The notes under the pieces are model-generated. The model saw only the letters and a program-made list of their open reading frames with translations, was not told the origin of the DNA and ran no database searches. Shown here piece by piece: positions 19,922 to 29,451 of a DNA stretch of 64,000 bases (its first letter is position 1; each line of letters begins with the position of its first letter). The DNA is from Bacteroidia bacterium (GTDB lineage Bacteria; Bacteroidota; Bacteroidia; SpSt-205), in the NCBI GenBank assembly GCA_025054525.1, contig JANWZJ010000002.1:393-64392 (forward strand), written 5' to 3'. Made by a program: the position numbers and the translations under genes.

Positions 19922-20723
19922 GGTGATAGCTATAACTGCCGCCCAGAACCTAAGTATCACAATAGGAGTTCCGGGCAAAGACTCCCGTTTTACCTATCGC
20001 TATCTCTACGATAAGCCCTTAGATTCGCTTCGGAAAGCAGCTCTGGATGGGGACACCGAAGCTCAAATGACACTGGTGGAGTATTATCAGATTGTTCAGC
20101 CTAAGCCTGACAGTGCCAGGTTTTTTCTGCACATGGCAGCCAAAAAGGGAGTAGCCCCAGCACAATATCTTTTAGGTTTGGCTTATTTGCGAGGAGTAGA
20201 AGCGCTCAAAAAGCCAATAGAAGGAAAAAGACTTCTACAAGCTGCTGCTCAGCAGAATTACCTGCTGGCAATACGCGTTTTATATGAAGTGCTGGAGCCG
20301 CCCGACTCCGTGTCGACGCTGTATGTGGCTGTTTTACCGCATGATGCTCGGGAAGCCTTCCGCTATGCACTCCAAGGGGCTGAACTCCGAGACCCCCATG
20401 CGATGATGACCGTGGGTCGCCTCTACGGCAAAGGCAAAGGCACCTCTCAAAACGACTCTTTAGCCCAATACTGGCTGGAAGAAAGCGCAAAAACAGGCTA
20501 TCCGGCTGCTCAGGTTCTCTTAGCAGAATGGTATCAGCAAAAGTGGCAGAATCCCCAGCGCGCACTCTACTGGGCTAAGCAAGCAGCCGATAATCCTCGC
20601 AGTAGCTTAGACGAACAATATCGCGCCCGTATCACTGCCTATGACGCCGAAACAACCCTCCAAGTGCTTCAGTTCATGCAAGAGCTGATTACCATTCCCG
20701 CAGTGCATTCTTCCAGCAAATAG
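19887..20723 (+). CDS. Sel1-like/TPR repeat protein.
   Basis: Repeated Sel1-type motifs (AQYLLGLAYLRGVEA, AMMTVGRLYGKGKG, AAQVLLAEWYQQ). Confidence 0.55.
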   Translation: MPDVWRLLRLCKVIAITAAQNLSITIGVPGKDSRFTYRYLYDKPLDSLRKAALDGDTEAQMTLVEYYQIVQPKPDSARFFLHMAAKKGVAPAQYLLGLAYLRGVEALKKPIEGKRLLQAAAQQNYLLAIRVLYEVLEPPDSVSTLYVAVLPHDAREAFRYALQGAELRDPHAMMTVGRLYGKGKGTSQNDSLAQYWLEESAKTGYPAAQVLLAEWYQQKWQNPQRALYWAKQAADNPRSSLDEQYRARITAYDAETTLQVLQFMQELITIPAVHSSSK

Positions 20724-21215
20724 TTAGTCCATCTTCTCTACTGAGGCTCTGTCAGGCTATGAGCTGGCACAGGCTTACCGCATCACTACGAACGCCCCTC
20801 AATCGTACGGATGCGGATGCTTCAGCCGAAAAGCTCGGCGCGCGCGATTGAGTACTGCCTCTACCCCCCTCCCCTCGCTCCTGTTTCGTCTAGTTCTGAT
20901 AAAGGCTGAGCATAAACGCCCGAGTTACCTCCACCTATCTGCCAGAGCGTCGCAGTAACCCACCGCGCCCCTAAGGGTTAAGGAAAGCCTTTGCACCAGT
21001 GAAAGTGAAGATAGCAGAGCTTTAGAGAGATTTTGCCAAGCTCAGCCGCTTGGTGAAGCCGCCACGGGAATACAACCGCACTCATCCAGATTTAGCCGAG
21101 ACCCTCTGCCGCTACGAGCTGGACTGAGCCCACCGCCCCAACTATGCATAACTTCAGTAGCACTTGTATAGCATGTTTGCTTGCATTATGAGCATCCACC
21201 TATTGTTGAGCGAGG

Positions 21216-22856
21216 CTAACCCCTACTCTCTTCAGGCTGGGAAACTAACCCCCTCACTCTTACTCTCTGGGATAGATTGGGTACGGGTTCGCGTATTATT
21301 TCACCCATTGCAGTCAATATCTTCTCCAGTCTTACATAAAGTTCTGGCGAAAGAGGCACAGGCTCTGCGACACAAGGTCTATTATCTATGCTTTTCTTAT
21401 TGAGAAACTCCTCTAAAAACTGTCGCATAGGGAAGACAAGCGCCTCATAGTCATCCCAGAAGCTACAGTAATCAGGTTTTTCCCACCACGTCAAAGCCTC
21501 CAATAGTTGGCGATGATGGTAAGGTAACCAGATTCCAGCCAAGCTACGAAGTATGGGGAAAATAGGTTTCCACCAGTAGAGTGCAGAGAATTGGGTTCGC
21601 CATATTCGGTAGAGTTTGCGCCACCAGAAACGCATGAGCCGGCAATTGCCTACTTTATAGGCCTCATACCAACGAAGGAAGACCCAGCGCAAATACGGAT
21701 CATCTCGTCGATAATGCATTTCTATCCAGGGCTCTGCTCGCATGCGCCACTGAGAGGCTTCTTGGAGTCGACCAGTGAGCAGATAATAAGCATATAGCAT
21801 GCACGCTAATGCAGCCCGAGCCGCCATTCCCCGCCAAGGGGAAAAAATACATTCTTCTAATTCTGACCGATGCTCTTGAATAAATCGGTCCAGCTCATGC
21901 CACTGCTGAGCTCGCATCCAGTATCCTACTTGGAGAGAAAGGGCATTTTGATAGATTTCTTTGCCTATACCTTCTTTTTCCCAGAAGTGCTTGGCATAGC
22001 CTTTCTGAAAAAGTTCCCACCACTGGGTATATAGAGAGGTTGTGGACCTGCGTGCCAAAAGCTGAATACCTAAGTTCATAAAAGCTAAGAGGAGGTGGCC
22101 CTTGATGCGCCTTTCAGGGTAGCGGGGCGGTTGTAGGAGCTGCTCCAACTGAGAGACCACAATCGTTAGAGCTTCTTCAGTGCAAACATGGCATGCTACT
22201 CCAAAGAGTTGGGCGTAAGTACTGAGATACCTTCCCCAGCTGTCTTCTTGGGGTAGGGGTGGGAGGTGCAGTCCCCCTCGCTGACGAGAAATCACATGCT
22301 TTTCGGTAGCCTCTACTTTCTTTGTCATTGCTGTGTAGCGCTGAACGACTAACTCTACGAGCTGCCTTCCCCAGGCTGCTACCTCCGCTGATGGCGCAAA
22401 CGCCCAATAATCCCGCAGATATAACTCCAACACCGAAAATCCCCATAAGGCGATTTCTATGTAGCCGCGTTCAAGTGCCTCGTTCATCGCTTGCTGCCAG
22501 AGAATAGCCGCCGACTCACCGAGCCCTTTACTCCACAGCTTCTCACTGAGCCAAAGCCGATGCCAGATACGCATCTCCGCTTGATAAGCTTCGCTACTCA
22601 TGACCAACTCTTGTTCTAAGGCGCTCCATAATAGACGCTTGTAAGTACGAAGGGTATCCAAACTGGCACTTCTAAAAGCCTTACGATACGCAATAATGAG
22701 CCCCTTTTCATCGTAAGTTTCCATTCCTCTCAGGGTTTCCAGGAGCCATGCCACCCGCTTGCTTGTGATACTGGTCCTGACTACCCGATACTCTCGTTCC
22801 GAGAGCCGACGCACTACCTGCCAAAGCGCAGGGGCGGGCAGACGCATCTCCCGCAT
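21216..22856 (-). CDS. Hypothetical Trp-rich all-helical protein of 546 aa. Its function is unknown.
   Basis: A long ORF with ordinary codon usage, no signal peptide and no TM segment. It carries an extreme W/R/Y-rich C-terminal third (…FWWRKLYRIWRTQFSALYWWKPIFPIL…). No family was recognised. Confidence 0.4.
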   Translation of the reverse strand: MREMRLPAPALWQVVRRLSEREYRVVRTSITSKRVAWLLETLRGMETYDEKGLIIAYRKAFRSASLDTLRTYKRLLWSALEQELVMSSEAYQAEMRIWHRLWLSEKLWSKGLGESAAILWQQAMNEALERGYIEIALWGFSVLELYLRDYWAFAPSAEVAAWGRQLVELVVQRYTAMTKKVEATEKHVISRQRGGLHLPPLPQEDSWGRYLSTYAQLFGVACHVCTEEALTIVVSQLEQLLQPPRYPERRIKGHLLLAFMNLGIQLLARRSTTSLYTQWWELFQKGYAKHFWEKEGIGKEIYQNALSLQVGYWMRAQQWHELDRFIQEHRSELEECIFSPWRGMAARAALACMLYAYYLLTGRLQEASQWRMRAEPWIEMHYRRDDPYLRWVFLRWYEAYKVGNCRLMRFWWRKLYRIWRTQFSALYWWKPIFPILRSLAGIWLPYHHRQLLEALTWWEKPDYCSFWDDYEALVFPMRQFLEEFLNKKSIDNRPCVAEPVPLSPELYVRLEKILTAMGEIIREPVPNLSQRVRVRGLVSQPEESRG

Positions 22857-23046
22857 ACGTCAAAAATAAGAACATCCCAGCACCCTCTCCACCCTTAGGT
22901 AACCTCAAGCCTAACTTTTTTCGTTGTATATTAGCATGAGTATGAGAAAGATATGGAAAGCCTTTGATCCCCGCGCTTCCAGCGCTCAACACCTTCAGGG
23001 TTCGAGCCGCTTCAATCTCCTTTTCATGCGCCGCACCAACTTCGTC

Positions 23047-24519
23047 TCACTTACCCTTTTCGTCTTGGGAGTCTTGCTCAAGCTGCTCTGGGAGGTTTTC
23101 GCCCGCAATTAGAGCAGGTGCGACCTGCCGCATGTAAGCATACGCCGCCTCAAACTCGTTTGGTATCTTACCATCCAGGATGGCTTCTCGTATCGCTTCC
23201 TTAATCCTGCCGACCAAGGGGCCAGGTGGTAACCCATACTCCTTCATAATAAGCTCACCTCGGATGGGTGGTTGAAACTGAGCCAATCTATCGCGCGCCT
23301 GGATTTCTCGCACGCGCTCCAGCACTTTCTGGAAGTTCTGCTGGAAATGGCGACGGCGCTGGAGATTTTGAGTCGTTACATCGCTTTGGCAGAGAAGAAT
23401 AAGGTCTTCCAAGGCTTCCCCTGCTTCTACTGCTAATCGGCGCAGAGCGCTATCGGTTACGCCCTCCTGTGCGAGGTGAGAGGGGCGTCCATGTAAGCGA
23501 ACGAGCTTCTCTACATATCGCATGCGTTCGTCCATCGGCAGCCGCAACCGCCGAAAAATATCTTTCACCATCCGAGCCCCTTTCTCCTCATGCAGGTGAA
23601 ACGTCCACCCTTGCTTCTCGTCAAATGATTTCGTGAGGGGCTTGCCTATATCATGCAGCAGTGCAGCCCAACGCAACCACAACGAAGCATCCGGCCTCTT
23701 CTCTAAAAGCTGCGATAATACAATCAGCGTATGCTGAAAATTATCTTTATGCTTGTGCCCTTTTTGGGTATTTACACCCGCTAATGCCGACACTTCTGGT
23801 AGGAACTGATGTAATAATGTCGTATTCCATAAGAGCTCTAATCCTCGCACCGGATTAGAACTGAGCAGGATTTTGTGGAATTCGTCTGTGATTCGCTCAG
23901 GAGAAACGATGGATAAGCGATGAGCCTGCTCGCGCAGCGCACGATAAGTCTTTTCTTCTATCTCAAAGCCCAAGCGTACTGCGAACCGAATCGCTCGTAG
24001 CATGCGCAGCGGATCATCCGAGAAAGTGCGGACAGGGTCTGTAGGCGTGCGGATGATACCCTGCTTCAGGTCGTGGATGCCTCCCCATTTATCCCAGAGG
24101 GCCCCCCGCTGCTGGGCATGCAGCCCCACATATAGAGCATTAACGGTAAAGTCGCGCCGCTCCGCATCCTCTTCTAAAGTGGCAGGTTCTACTCGGGGAT
24201 TCCGAGAAGAAGGAGTATAACTCTCTTTGCGGGTCGCCACCACTTCTATTTGATATTCTTTCCAAACTACTACTGCTACATAGAAGCGGCGATATTCCGC
24301 TGCCACATGAGTGCCTAACTTCTCTGCGAGTTTCTCCGCAAAAAGCGTAGGATTACCCAGCGTAACTACATCTATGGATTTAGAAGCACTGCCCGTGAGA
24401 AACCAGTCTCGAACCCACCCCCCTACAATATATGCAGGCTGATTTAGCTCATCGGCTGTTTCAGAGAGCACTTTGAGAAGAGGTTCGGTCTCCCACAGAC
24501 TCTGCGGAAGCCTTGCCAT
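23047..24519 (-). CDS. CCA-adding tRNA nucleotidyltransferase / poly(A) polymerase-family enzyme with a C-terminal HD domain.
   Basis: Pol-beta NTase head (YIVGGWVRDWFL, DFTVNALY), RNA-binding body, and an HD motif (…LHDIGK…). Confidence 0.75.
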   Translation of the reverse strand: MARLPQSLWETEPLLKVLSETADELNQPAYIVGGWVRDWFLTGSASKSIDVVTLGNPTLFAEKLAEKLGTHVAAEYRRFYVAVVVWKEYQIEVVATRKESYTPSSRNPRVEPATLEEDAERRDFTVNALYVGLHAQQRGALWDKWGGIHDLKQGIIRTPTDPVRTFSDDPLRMLRAIRFAVRLGFEIEEKTYRALREQAHRLSIVSPERITDEFHKILLSSNPVRGLELLWNTTLLHQFLPEVSALAGVNTQKGHKHKDNFQHTLIVLSQLLEKRPDASLWLRWAALLHDIGKPLTKSFDEKQGWTFHLHEEKGARMVKDIFRRLRLPMDERMRYVEKLVRLHGRPSHLAQEGVTDSALRRLAVEAGEALEDLILLCQSDVTTQNLQRRRHFQQNFQKVLERVREIQARDRLAQFQPPIRGELIMKEYGLPPGPLVGRIKEAIREAILDGKIPNEFEAAYAYMRQVAPALIAGENLPEQLEQDSQDEKGK

Positions 24520-24529
24520 ACTTAGAAAA

Positions 24530-25909
24530 TCACGCCATCTTTTCTGGCTTCACATACTGATCAAACTCTTCTGCCTTGAGGAAACCTAACTCTACGGCCG
24601 CTTCTTTGAGAGTTTTGTCTTCTTTGTGGGCTTTCTGGGCGATTTTGGCGGCTTTTTCATAGCCTATCACGGGATTGAGGGCAGTCACCAGCATGAGGCT
24701 CCGATCTAAATGGCGCTGAATAGCCCCCAGATTCGGTTCTATGCCTACGATGCAATTATCGGTGAAAGAATGGCAAGCATCCGCGACTAAGCGAATGGAC
24801 TCTAAAATATTGTGAATAATCAGCGGCTTGAAGACGTTAAGCTCCAGGTGCCCTTGGAAAGCCCCGCAAGTGATAGCGGTATCGTTGCCAATCACCTGGC
24901 AGCAGACCATGGTCATGGCTTCACTTTGTGTGGGATTGACTTTGCCGGGCATGATGGAGGAGCCGGGTTCATTTTCAGGAAGGTTGAGTTCTGCGAGTCC
25001 AGCCCGAGGCCCTGAGCCTAAAAGCCGAACATCGTTAGCGATTTTCATGAGAGCCACGGCGGTACGCTTCAAACTTCCTGAGAGAGCCACCAAAGCATCA
25101 TGCGCCGCCAGCACAGCGAACTTATTCGGTGCTGAGACGAAGGGATACCCTGTCAGTTCGGCTATTTTCCTCGCTACCTTCTCGGCGAAACCCGCTGGCG
25201 CATTCAGACCCGTTCCCACAGCCGTTCCGCCAAGGGCAAGCTCTGCTACTTGAGGTAGTACTTTTTCTATATCTTGGATACTGTCGGAGACTTGCTGGGC
25301 ATACCCGCCAAACTCCTGCCCCAAACGCATCGGTACAGCATCCATAAGGTGCGTACGCCCTACTTTGATGATTCCATGGAAGGCTTGGGCTTTTTCCGCC
25401 AGGGCTGCATGGAGCTTGCGAAGCGCAGGAAGCAAACGCTCTTGAACCGCTATGTAAGCCGCAATATGCATCGCAGTGGGAAAGACATCATTCGAAGACT
25501 GGGAACGATTCACATCGTCGTTAGGGTGAATGGGTTTCTTCGCACCGAGGGGCTGTCCTAACTTCTGATTAGCCCGATTGGCTATGACTTCATTTACATT
25601 CATGTTAGACTGGGTGCCCGAACCTGTCTGCCACACTACTAAAGGAAAATGCTCATCCCACTGCCCCGATAGAATCTCATCGCAAACCTCAGCGATAATT
25701 TTTGCTTTATCCTCAGGGAGGGAGCCCAGCTCTGCATTTGTGAGGGCTGCGGCTTTCTTAGCGATAACTAATCCATATATTACCTCCTTGGGCATGCGAT
25801 GCCCACCGATGCGGAAGTTTTGGAGAGAACGCTGAGTCTGCGCGCCCCAGAGTTTATCGGCAGGGACTTGTACTTCACCTAAGGTATCGTACTCTGTGCG
25901 GTAAGCCAT
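24530..25909 (-). CDS. fumC: Fumarate hydratase class II.
   Basis: N-terminus [23 protein letters not shown], the fumarase/aspartase signature [16 protein letters not shown], and a length of about 460 aa. Confidence 0.9.
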   Translation of the reverse strand: MAYRTEYDTLGEVQVPADKLWGAQTQRSLQNFRIGGHRMPKEVIYGLVIAKKAAALTNAELGSLPEDKAKIIAEVCDEILSGQWDEHFPLVVWQTGSGTQSNMNVNEVIANRANQKLGQPLGAKKPIHPNDDVNRSQSSNDVFPTAMHIAAYIAVQERLLPALRKLHAALAEKAQAFHGIIKVGRTHLMDAVPMRLGQEFGGYAQQVSDSIQDIEKVLPQVAELALGGTAVGTGLNAPAGFAEKVARKIAELTGYPFVSAPNKFAVLAAHDALVALSGSLKRTAVALMKIANDVRLLGSGPRAGLAELNLPENEPGSSIMPGKVNPTQSEAMTMVCCQVIGNDTAITCGAFQGHLELNVFKPLIIHNILESIRLVADACHSFTDNCIVGIEPNLGAIQRHLDRSLMLVTALNPVIGYEKAAKIAQKAHKEDKTLKEAAVELGFLKAEEFDQYVKPEKMA

Positions 25910-25931
25910 ATGCCTGACGAAGATACAAGTT

Positions 25932-26681
25932 TCACTCTATCAGTCCTGAAGCCCGCAGAAAAGCTCGGAGATTAGGTGGAAGCGACTCAGGCTGTCCCAA
26001 CATAACCGCTTTAGAGCCGTGCCACTCCGCACGCCCATCATAGAGAAAAAGAATTTCCTCTCCCATATCTACCACGCTCTTGAGGTCATGGGTTACCACG
26101 ACAGTAGTAGTGTGAAACTCATAGGTGAGTTCTTGAATGAGCTCATCTATGCGCCGGGCTGTAAGCGGGTCTAAGCCTGAGTTGGGCTCATCACAGAAAA
26201 GGTATTGAGGATTGAGTGCAATCGCCCGCGCCAGTCCTACGCGCCGCTTCATACCACCCGAGATTTCTGCGGGATACTTATGCTGTATGCCTGCTAACCC
26301 TACTCGTTCCAAGCAATAGGCTACCCTGTCTTGTATCTCCTTTTCGGATTGCTCTGTGAAAACTCGTAGGGGAAAAGCCACATTTTCTCCTACATTCATG
26401 GAGTCAAAGAGGGCAGAAGACTGAAAAAGCATGCCTAAGTTTCGCAAAATACTGCGACGACTGGCAGGGTCCGTTCGTAAAAAATCTATTTTCCCAAACC
26501 ATACCTGCCCTTGCTCGGGCTGAATAAGCCCTACGATGCATTTGAGGAGTACGGTTTTGCCACAACCGCTGGGTCCTATGATCATATTTACCTTCCCAGG
26601 GTGAAAGAAAAACGATATATCATGGAGTACTCGCTGCTTCCCAAACCATTTAGAGATGTGCTCTATACGCAGCTCACTCAT
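25932..26681 (-). CDS. mlaF: ABC transporter ATP-binding protein, MlaF-like.
   Basis: Walker A GPSGCGKT, signature [14 protein letters not shown], Walker B LFCDEP. The start MSELRIEH is set at the internal Met that forms an ATGA overlap with the mlaE stop. The 344-aa ORF in the track is an artificial N-terminal extension. Confidence 0.75.
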   Translation of the reverse strand: MSELRIEHISKWFGKQRVLHDISFFFHPGKVNMIIGPSGCGKTVLLKCIVGLIQPEQGQVWFGKIDFLRTDPASRRSILRNLGMLFQSSALFDSMNVGENVAFPLRVFTEQSEKEIQDRVAYCLERVGLAGIQHKYPAEISGGMKRRVGLARAIALNPQYLFCDEPNSGLDPLTARRIDELIQELTYEFHTTTVVVTHDLKSVVDMGEEILFLYDGRAEWHGSKAVMLGQPESLPPNLRAFLRASGLIE

Positions 26682-27433
26682 AGTAGAAGCTGCGCCAGCA
26701 CATAATCGGCTACCAGTATCATGAGACAGCTTACTACGACTGCCCTTGTACTGGCAGCCCCTACTTCTAACGCTCCCCCCTTCACATAGTACCCCTGATA
26801 AGCTGAGACCGTAGAGATAATGAAGCCAAAAGTAACTGCTTTGATGAGCATGAAGACCAGCTGAAAAGGTTGAAAGAAGCCTCGCGCCCCAACTGCAAAC
26901 TGCGTAGGATTGACCGCACCCGTGAAAGCCCCCGCAATAATCCCCCCCGCATGGGCCACAAAGCAAGCATAGATAACTAAGATGGGAAAAGAAAAGAGAG
27001 CACCCAGTAACCTCGGCAAAACTAAGTAGGTTGCGGAGTTGATGCCCATCACCTCCAAGGCGTCTATCTGTTCGCTGACACGCATGGAGCCTATTTGGGA
27101 AGCGATATTAGAACCGATGCGTCCTGCCAGCACTAAGGAAGTTACGGTAGGGGCCAGTTCCAATATGGCTGAAGTAGAGACTATCGCACCAATAGTAGCC
27201 TTAGGAATAAAAGGTGATACAATCTGGTAAGCAGTTTGTACAGTAGTTACGGCTCCGACGAAGAAGGATATAATAGCCACTAAAAATATGCTATCGCGTC
27301 CCATCTGGATAGACTCTATCGTCCAAAGTTGCCAGTACAGTCGAAACCGCAGCAGGCCCGTGAAACTTCGGGCGAGCAACAAGAGATAGCGCCCTAAATC
27401 CTCAAATCCCTTCAAGAGTGGATTCAGATTCAT
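26678..27433 (-). CDS. mlaE: ABC transporter permease, MlaE-like (lipid-asymmetry maintenance).
   Basis: About 250 aa with five TM helices. The MlaE-typical topology and position immediately upstream of mlaF support the call. Confidence 0.7.
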   Translation of the reverse strand: MNLNPLLKGFEDLGRYLLLLARSFTGLLRFRLYWQLWTIESIQMGRDSIFLVAIISFFVGAVTTVQTAYQIVSPFIPKATIGAIVSTSAILELAPTVTSLVLAGRIGSNIASQIGSMRVSEQIDALEVMGINSATYLVLPRLLGALFSFPILVIYACFVAHAGGIIAGAFTGAVNPTQFAVGARGFFQPFQLVFMLIKAVTFGFIISTVSAYQGYYVKGGALEVGAASTRAVVVSCLMILVADYVLAQLLL

Positions 27434-29054
27434 ACCAGTTCTCTTGGCTGAGGAGTAAGGGTAAATGCACAGTAAAGTTTGTATAGCCGGGTCGGCTCTC
27501 TACAGAGAAGCGCCCTTTATGCTTTTCTACAATCCGCCGACAAATATCCAGCCCTAAGCCTGTTCCTTCTCCTTTGGGCTTGGTCGTGAAGAAAGGCTCA
27601 AAAATCCGAGGCAAAATCTCCTCCGGGATACCCGGCCCCGAATCAATAAAAGATACCTGTATCTCGTCTGCATGCTTGCGTACTTCTATGGTAAGCTCTC
27701 CTTTCCCTTGCATCGCTTGGATGGCATTTTGCAGAAGATTAGTCCAGACTTGGCTTATCTCATCTGAAAAGAGATATAAGATGGGGAGCTCGGCATCATA
27801 ATGCGTCCGAACCGCTATTCCCTGCTTGAGCTGATTGTGATATAACACGAGGATGGTCTCTACAGACTCCTCTAAGGAGGTAGGTACGGGTTTGCCTCGC
27901 TCGGAGGTGTGGGCATAGCTTTTGAGGGCGAAGACGGTTTTTCGGGTGCGATTGGCTGCAAGGAGTATATTATCCAGTTGTAGGCGAAGCTGCCCAATCA
28001 GATAGATAAGCTCCACTCCATCCTGTATTTGGAGCAGGGGTAAGAGCGGCGATAAATCTTCAACGAAAATCCCTGCCTCTACTAACCTTCTTGCTGTCGT
28101 TTCAGCTTGTTCTTCGGGTAGAGTGGTACTGAGCAAAGCGAAGTACTTTTTGCGCAGGGCTCTCTCCTCCCGAGAAGTCAGGGTAGGATGCTCAGGAATA
28201 CGAAGGTATTCTACGAGAAAAGAAAGGGCTTGCTGCATAGCCGGCCAGTCCGTTCCACCCAACGCCAACAAAAGCTGCCATAAGGTGGGAATAGTCTCAA
28301 TCAGGGTTTCTGCTGAACCTTTGATGGCACCAAGGGGACTGTTGATTTCATGGGCGACGCTGGCTACGAGCTGACCCAACGCCGCCATCTTCTCAGAAAG
28401 AATAAGCTGCTGCTGAGTGGATTGGAGTTCATTCAGGGCTTTCTCTAACTCCATCGTGCGCTGGCGCACGCGATCTTCCAAAGAAGCATTGAGTTGGCTA
28501 AGCTCTTTTTGCATGGCGCTGAGTCGCATGAGATTTTCCTCTAAGCGGCGATTTTGTTTGCGTTGGAACTCTAATAGCCTTCGGATGCGCTCCTGCTGCA
28601 GCACGCTACTGAGCAACATCCCGAAGAAAGTAGCATTTTCCTCAAGCCAGCGCTTTTCTGCTTCTTCCAGCTCTCTCCATAGCAGGGTTTCTAAGACCGC
28701 CCAGGTGCGCTCTTGATACACCCACGGATAAACCCAATATGCCACAGGATGCACCTCTGCCAGCCCTAAGCCTCCCTTTACTTCGGCGCGTATTGGATAA
28801 AGAAGGGCTCGTCGCTGCCGAGCTGCTTCTCCTACTATTCCCTCCCCGTGCCGAATGAAAGGAAAATCCTTAGCCACGACAGCATAAGTAGCGATTCGCT
28901 CGAATACCCTTTCTTCCGTCTCTCCATAAAGTACGGCTGCCCATAACGGCACATAGTCCCGCAGAAGGTAGAGAAAGCGTTTGCCCCAACTTTCTAAGGT
29001 GTCTTCGGGACGCCAGGCCAGTTCGCTGGTGAAGATATAGCCAGTATATTCCAC
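27402..29054 (-). CDS. Cytoplasmic sensor histidine kinase with an N-terminal GAF domain, coiled coil, HisKA and HATPase_c.
   Basis: GAF motif GIVGEAA, H-box HEINSPLGAIKGSAE, and G-boxes GTGLGLDICRRIV. There is no TM helix. Confidence 0.7.
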   Translation of the reverse strand: MEYTGYIFTSELAWRPEDTLESWGKRFLYLLRDYVPLWAAVLYGETEERVFERIATYAVVAKDFPFIRHGEGIVGEAARQRRALLYPIRAEVKGGLGLAEVHPVAYWVYPWVYQERTWAVLETLLWRELEEAEKRWLEENATFFGMLLSSVLQQERIRRLLEFQRKQNRRLEENLMRLSAMQKELSQLNASLEDRVRQRTMELEKALNELQSTQQQLILSEKMAALGQLVASVAHEINSPLGAIKGSAETLIETIPTLWQLLLALGGTDWPAMQQALSFLVEYLRIPEHPTLTSREERALRKKYFALLSTTLPEEQAETTARRLVEAGIFVEDLSPLLPLLQIQDGVELIYLIGQLRLQLDNILLAANRTRKTVFALKSYAHTSERGKPVPTSLEESVETILVLYHNQLKQGIAVRTHYDAELPILYLFSDEISQVWTNLLQNAIQAMQGKGELTIEVRKHADEIQVSFIDSGPGIPEEILPRIFEPFFTTKPKGEGTGLGLDICRRIVEKHKGRFSVESRPGYTNFTVHLPLLLSQENWYESESTLEGI

Positions 29055-29055
29055 C

Positions 29056-29451
29056 TTACCTTGCTAAGGCTCGTTGTATCTCACAGATAAGCTGCTGACG
29101 ATCCCAGGGCTTTCGGATAAACGCAGAGAGGTTCGCATAACGCTGAGCTCTCTCAATCGCAGAATCATCCGCATATGCGGAGAGCATGATTAGCTTGATG
29201 TCTGGATATTCCTGAGCGACGCGAATCAGAAAGGCATCGCCTTTCTCTTGGGGCATGAGCCAGTCTGAAATCAATAATACAATCCGACGCTGATGCTGCC
29301 GATACTCTTGAATCAGTTCCCAGGCTTCCTCGGCACTTTGAGCCGTTTCGTAATCATACTTCTCCCCGAAAGCCGCTCGGGATTGCACCACCAGTGTATC
29401 TAACACCATCTTCTCATCATCTACAAATAGAAGAAGGGGTTTTCCGTTCAT
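29056..29451 (-). CDS. Stand-alone CheY-like receiver-domain response regulator (paralog 2).
   Basis: DDE at the N-terminus, phospho-acceptor Asp in LLISDWLMP, IMLSA, and KPW. Confidence 0.75.
   Translation of the reverse strand: MNGKPLLLFVDDEKMVLDTLVVQSRAAFGEKYDYETAQSAEEAWELIQEYRQHQRRIVLLISDWLMPQEKGDAFLIRVAQEYPDIKLIMLSAYADDSAIERAQRYANLSAFIRKPWDRQQLICEIQRALAR

Noticed and set aside
20724-21215. Attempted identification of the long intergenic region as tmRNA, RNase P RNA or SRP RNA.
   Set aside because: Partial resemblances (AGGAAAGCC, GTGAAAGTG, AGCAG) occur in the wrong order and spacing for RNase P RNA. There is no tag-peptide reading frame or CCA-ending tRNA-like domain for tmRNA, and the SRP domain-IV consensus is absent. 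The region is kept only as an unassigned ncRNA candidate.
22990-23030. A tRNA-like T-loop string GGGTTCGAGCC.
   Set aside because: No complementary T-stem, acceptor stem or anticodon arm can be formed around it. It lies inside or adjacent to the cca-family gene's 3' region, so it is a chance match.
25932-26966. The 344-aa version of the mlaF ORF with a roughly 95-aa Cys/Gly-rich N-terminal extension.
   Set aside because: The extension lies within or overlaps mlaE on the same strand and has no ABC-ATPase homology. The internal Met forms a canonical ATGA junction with the mlaE stop and gives a normal-length ABC ATPase.
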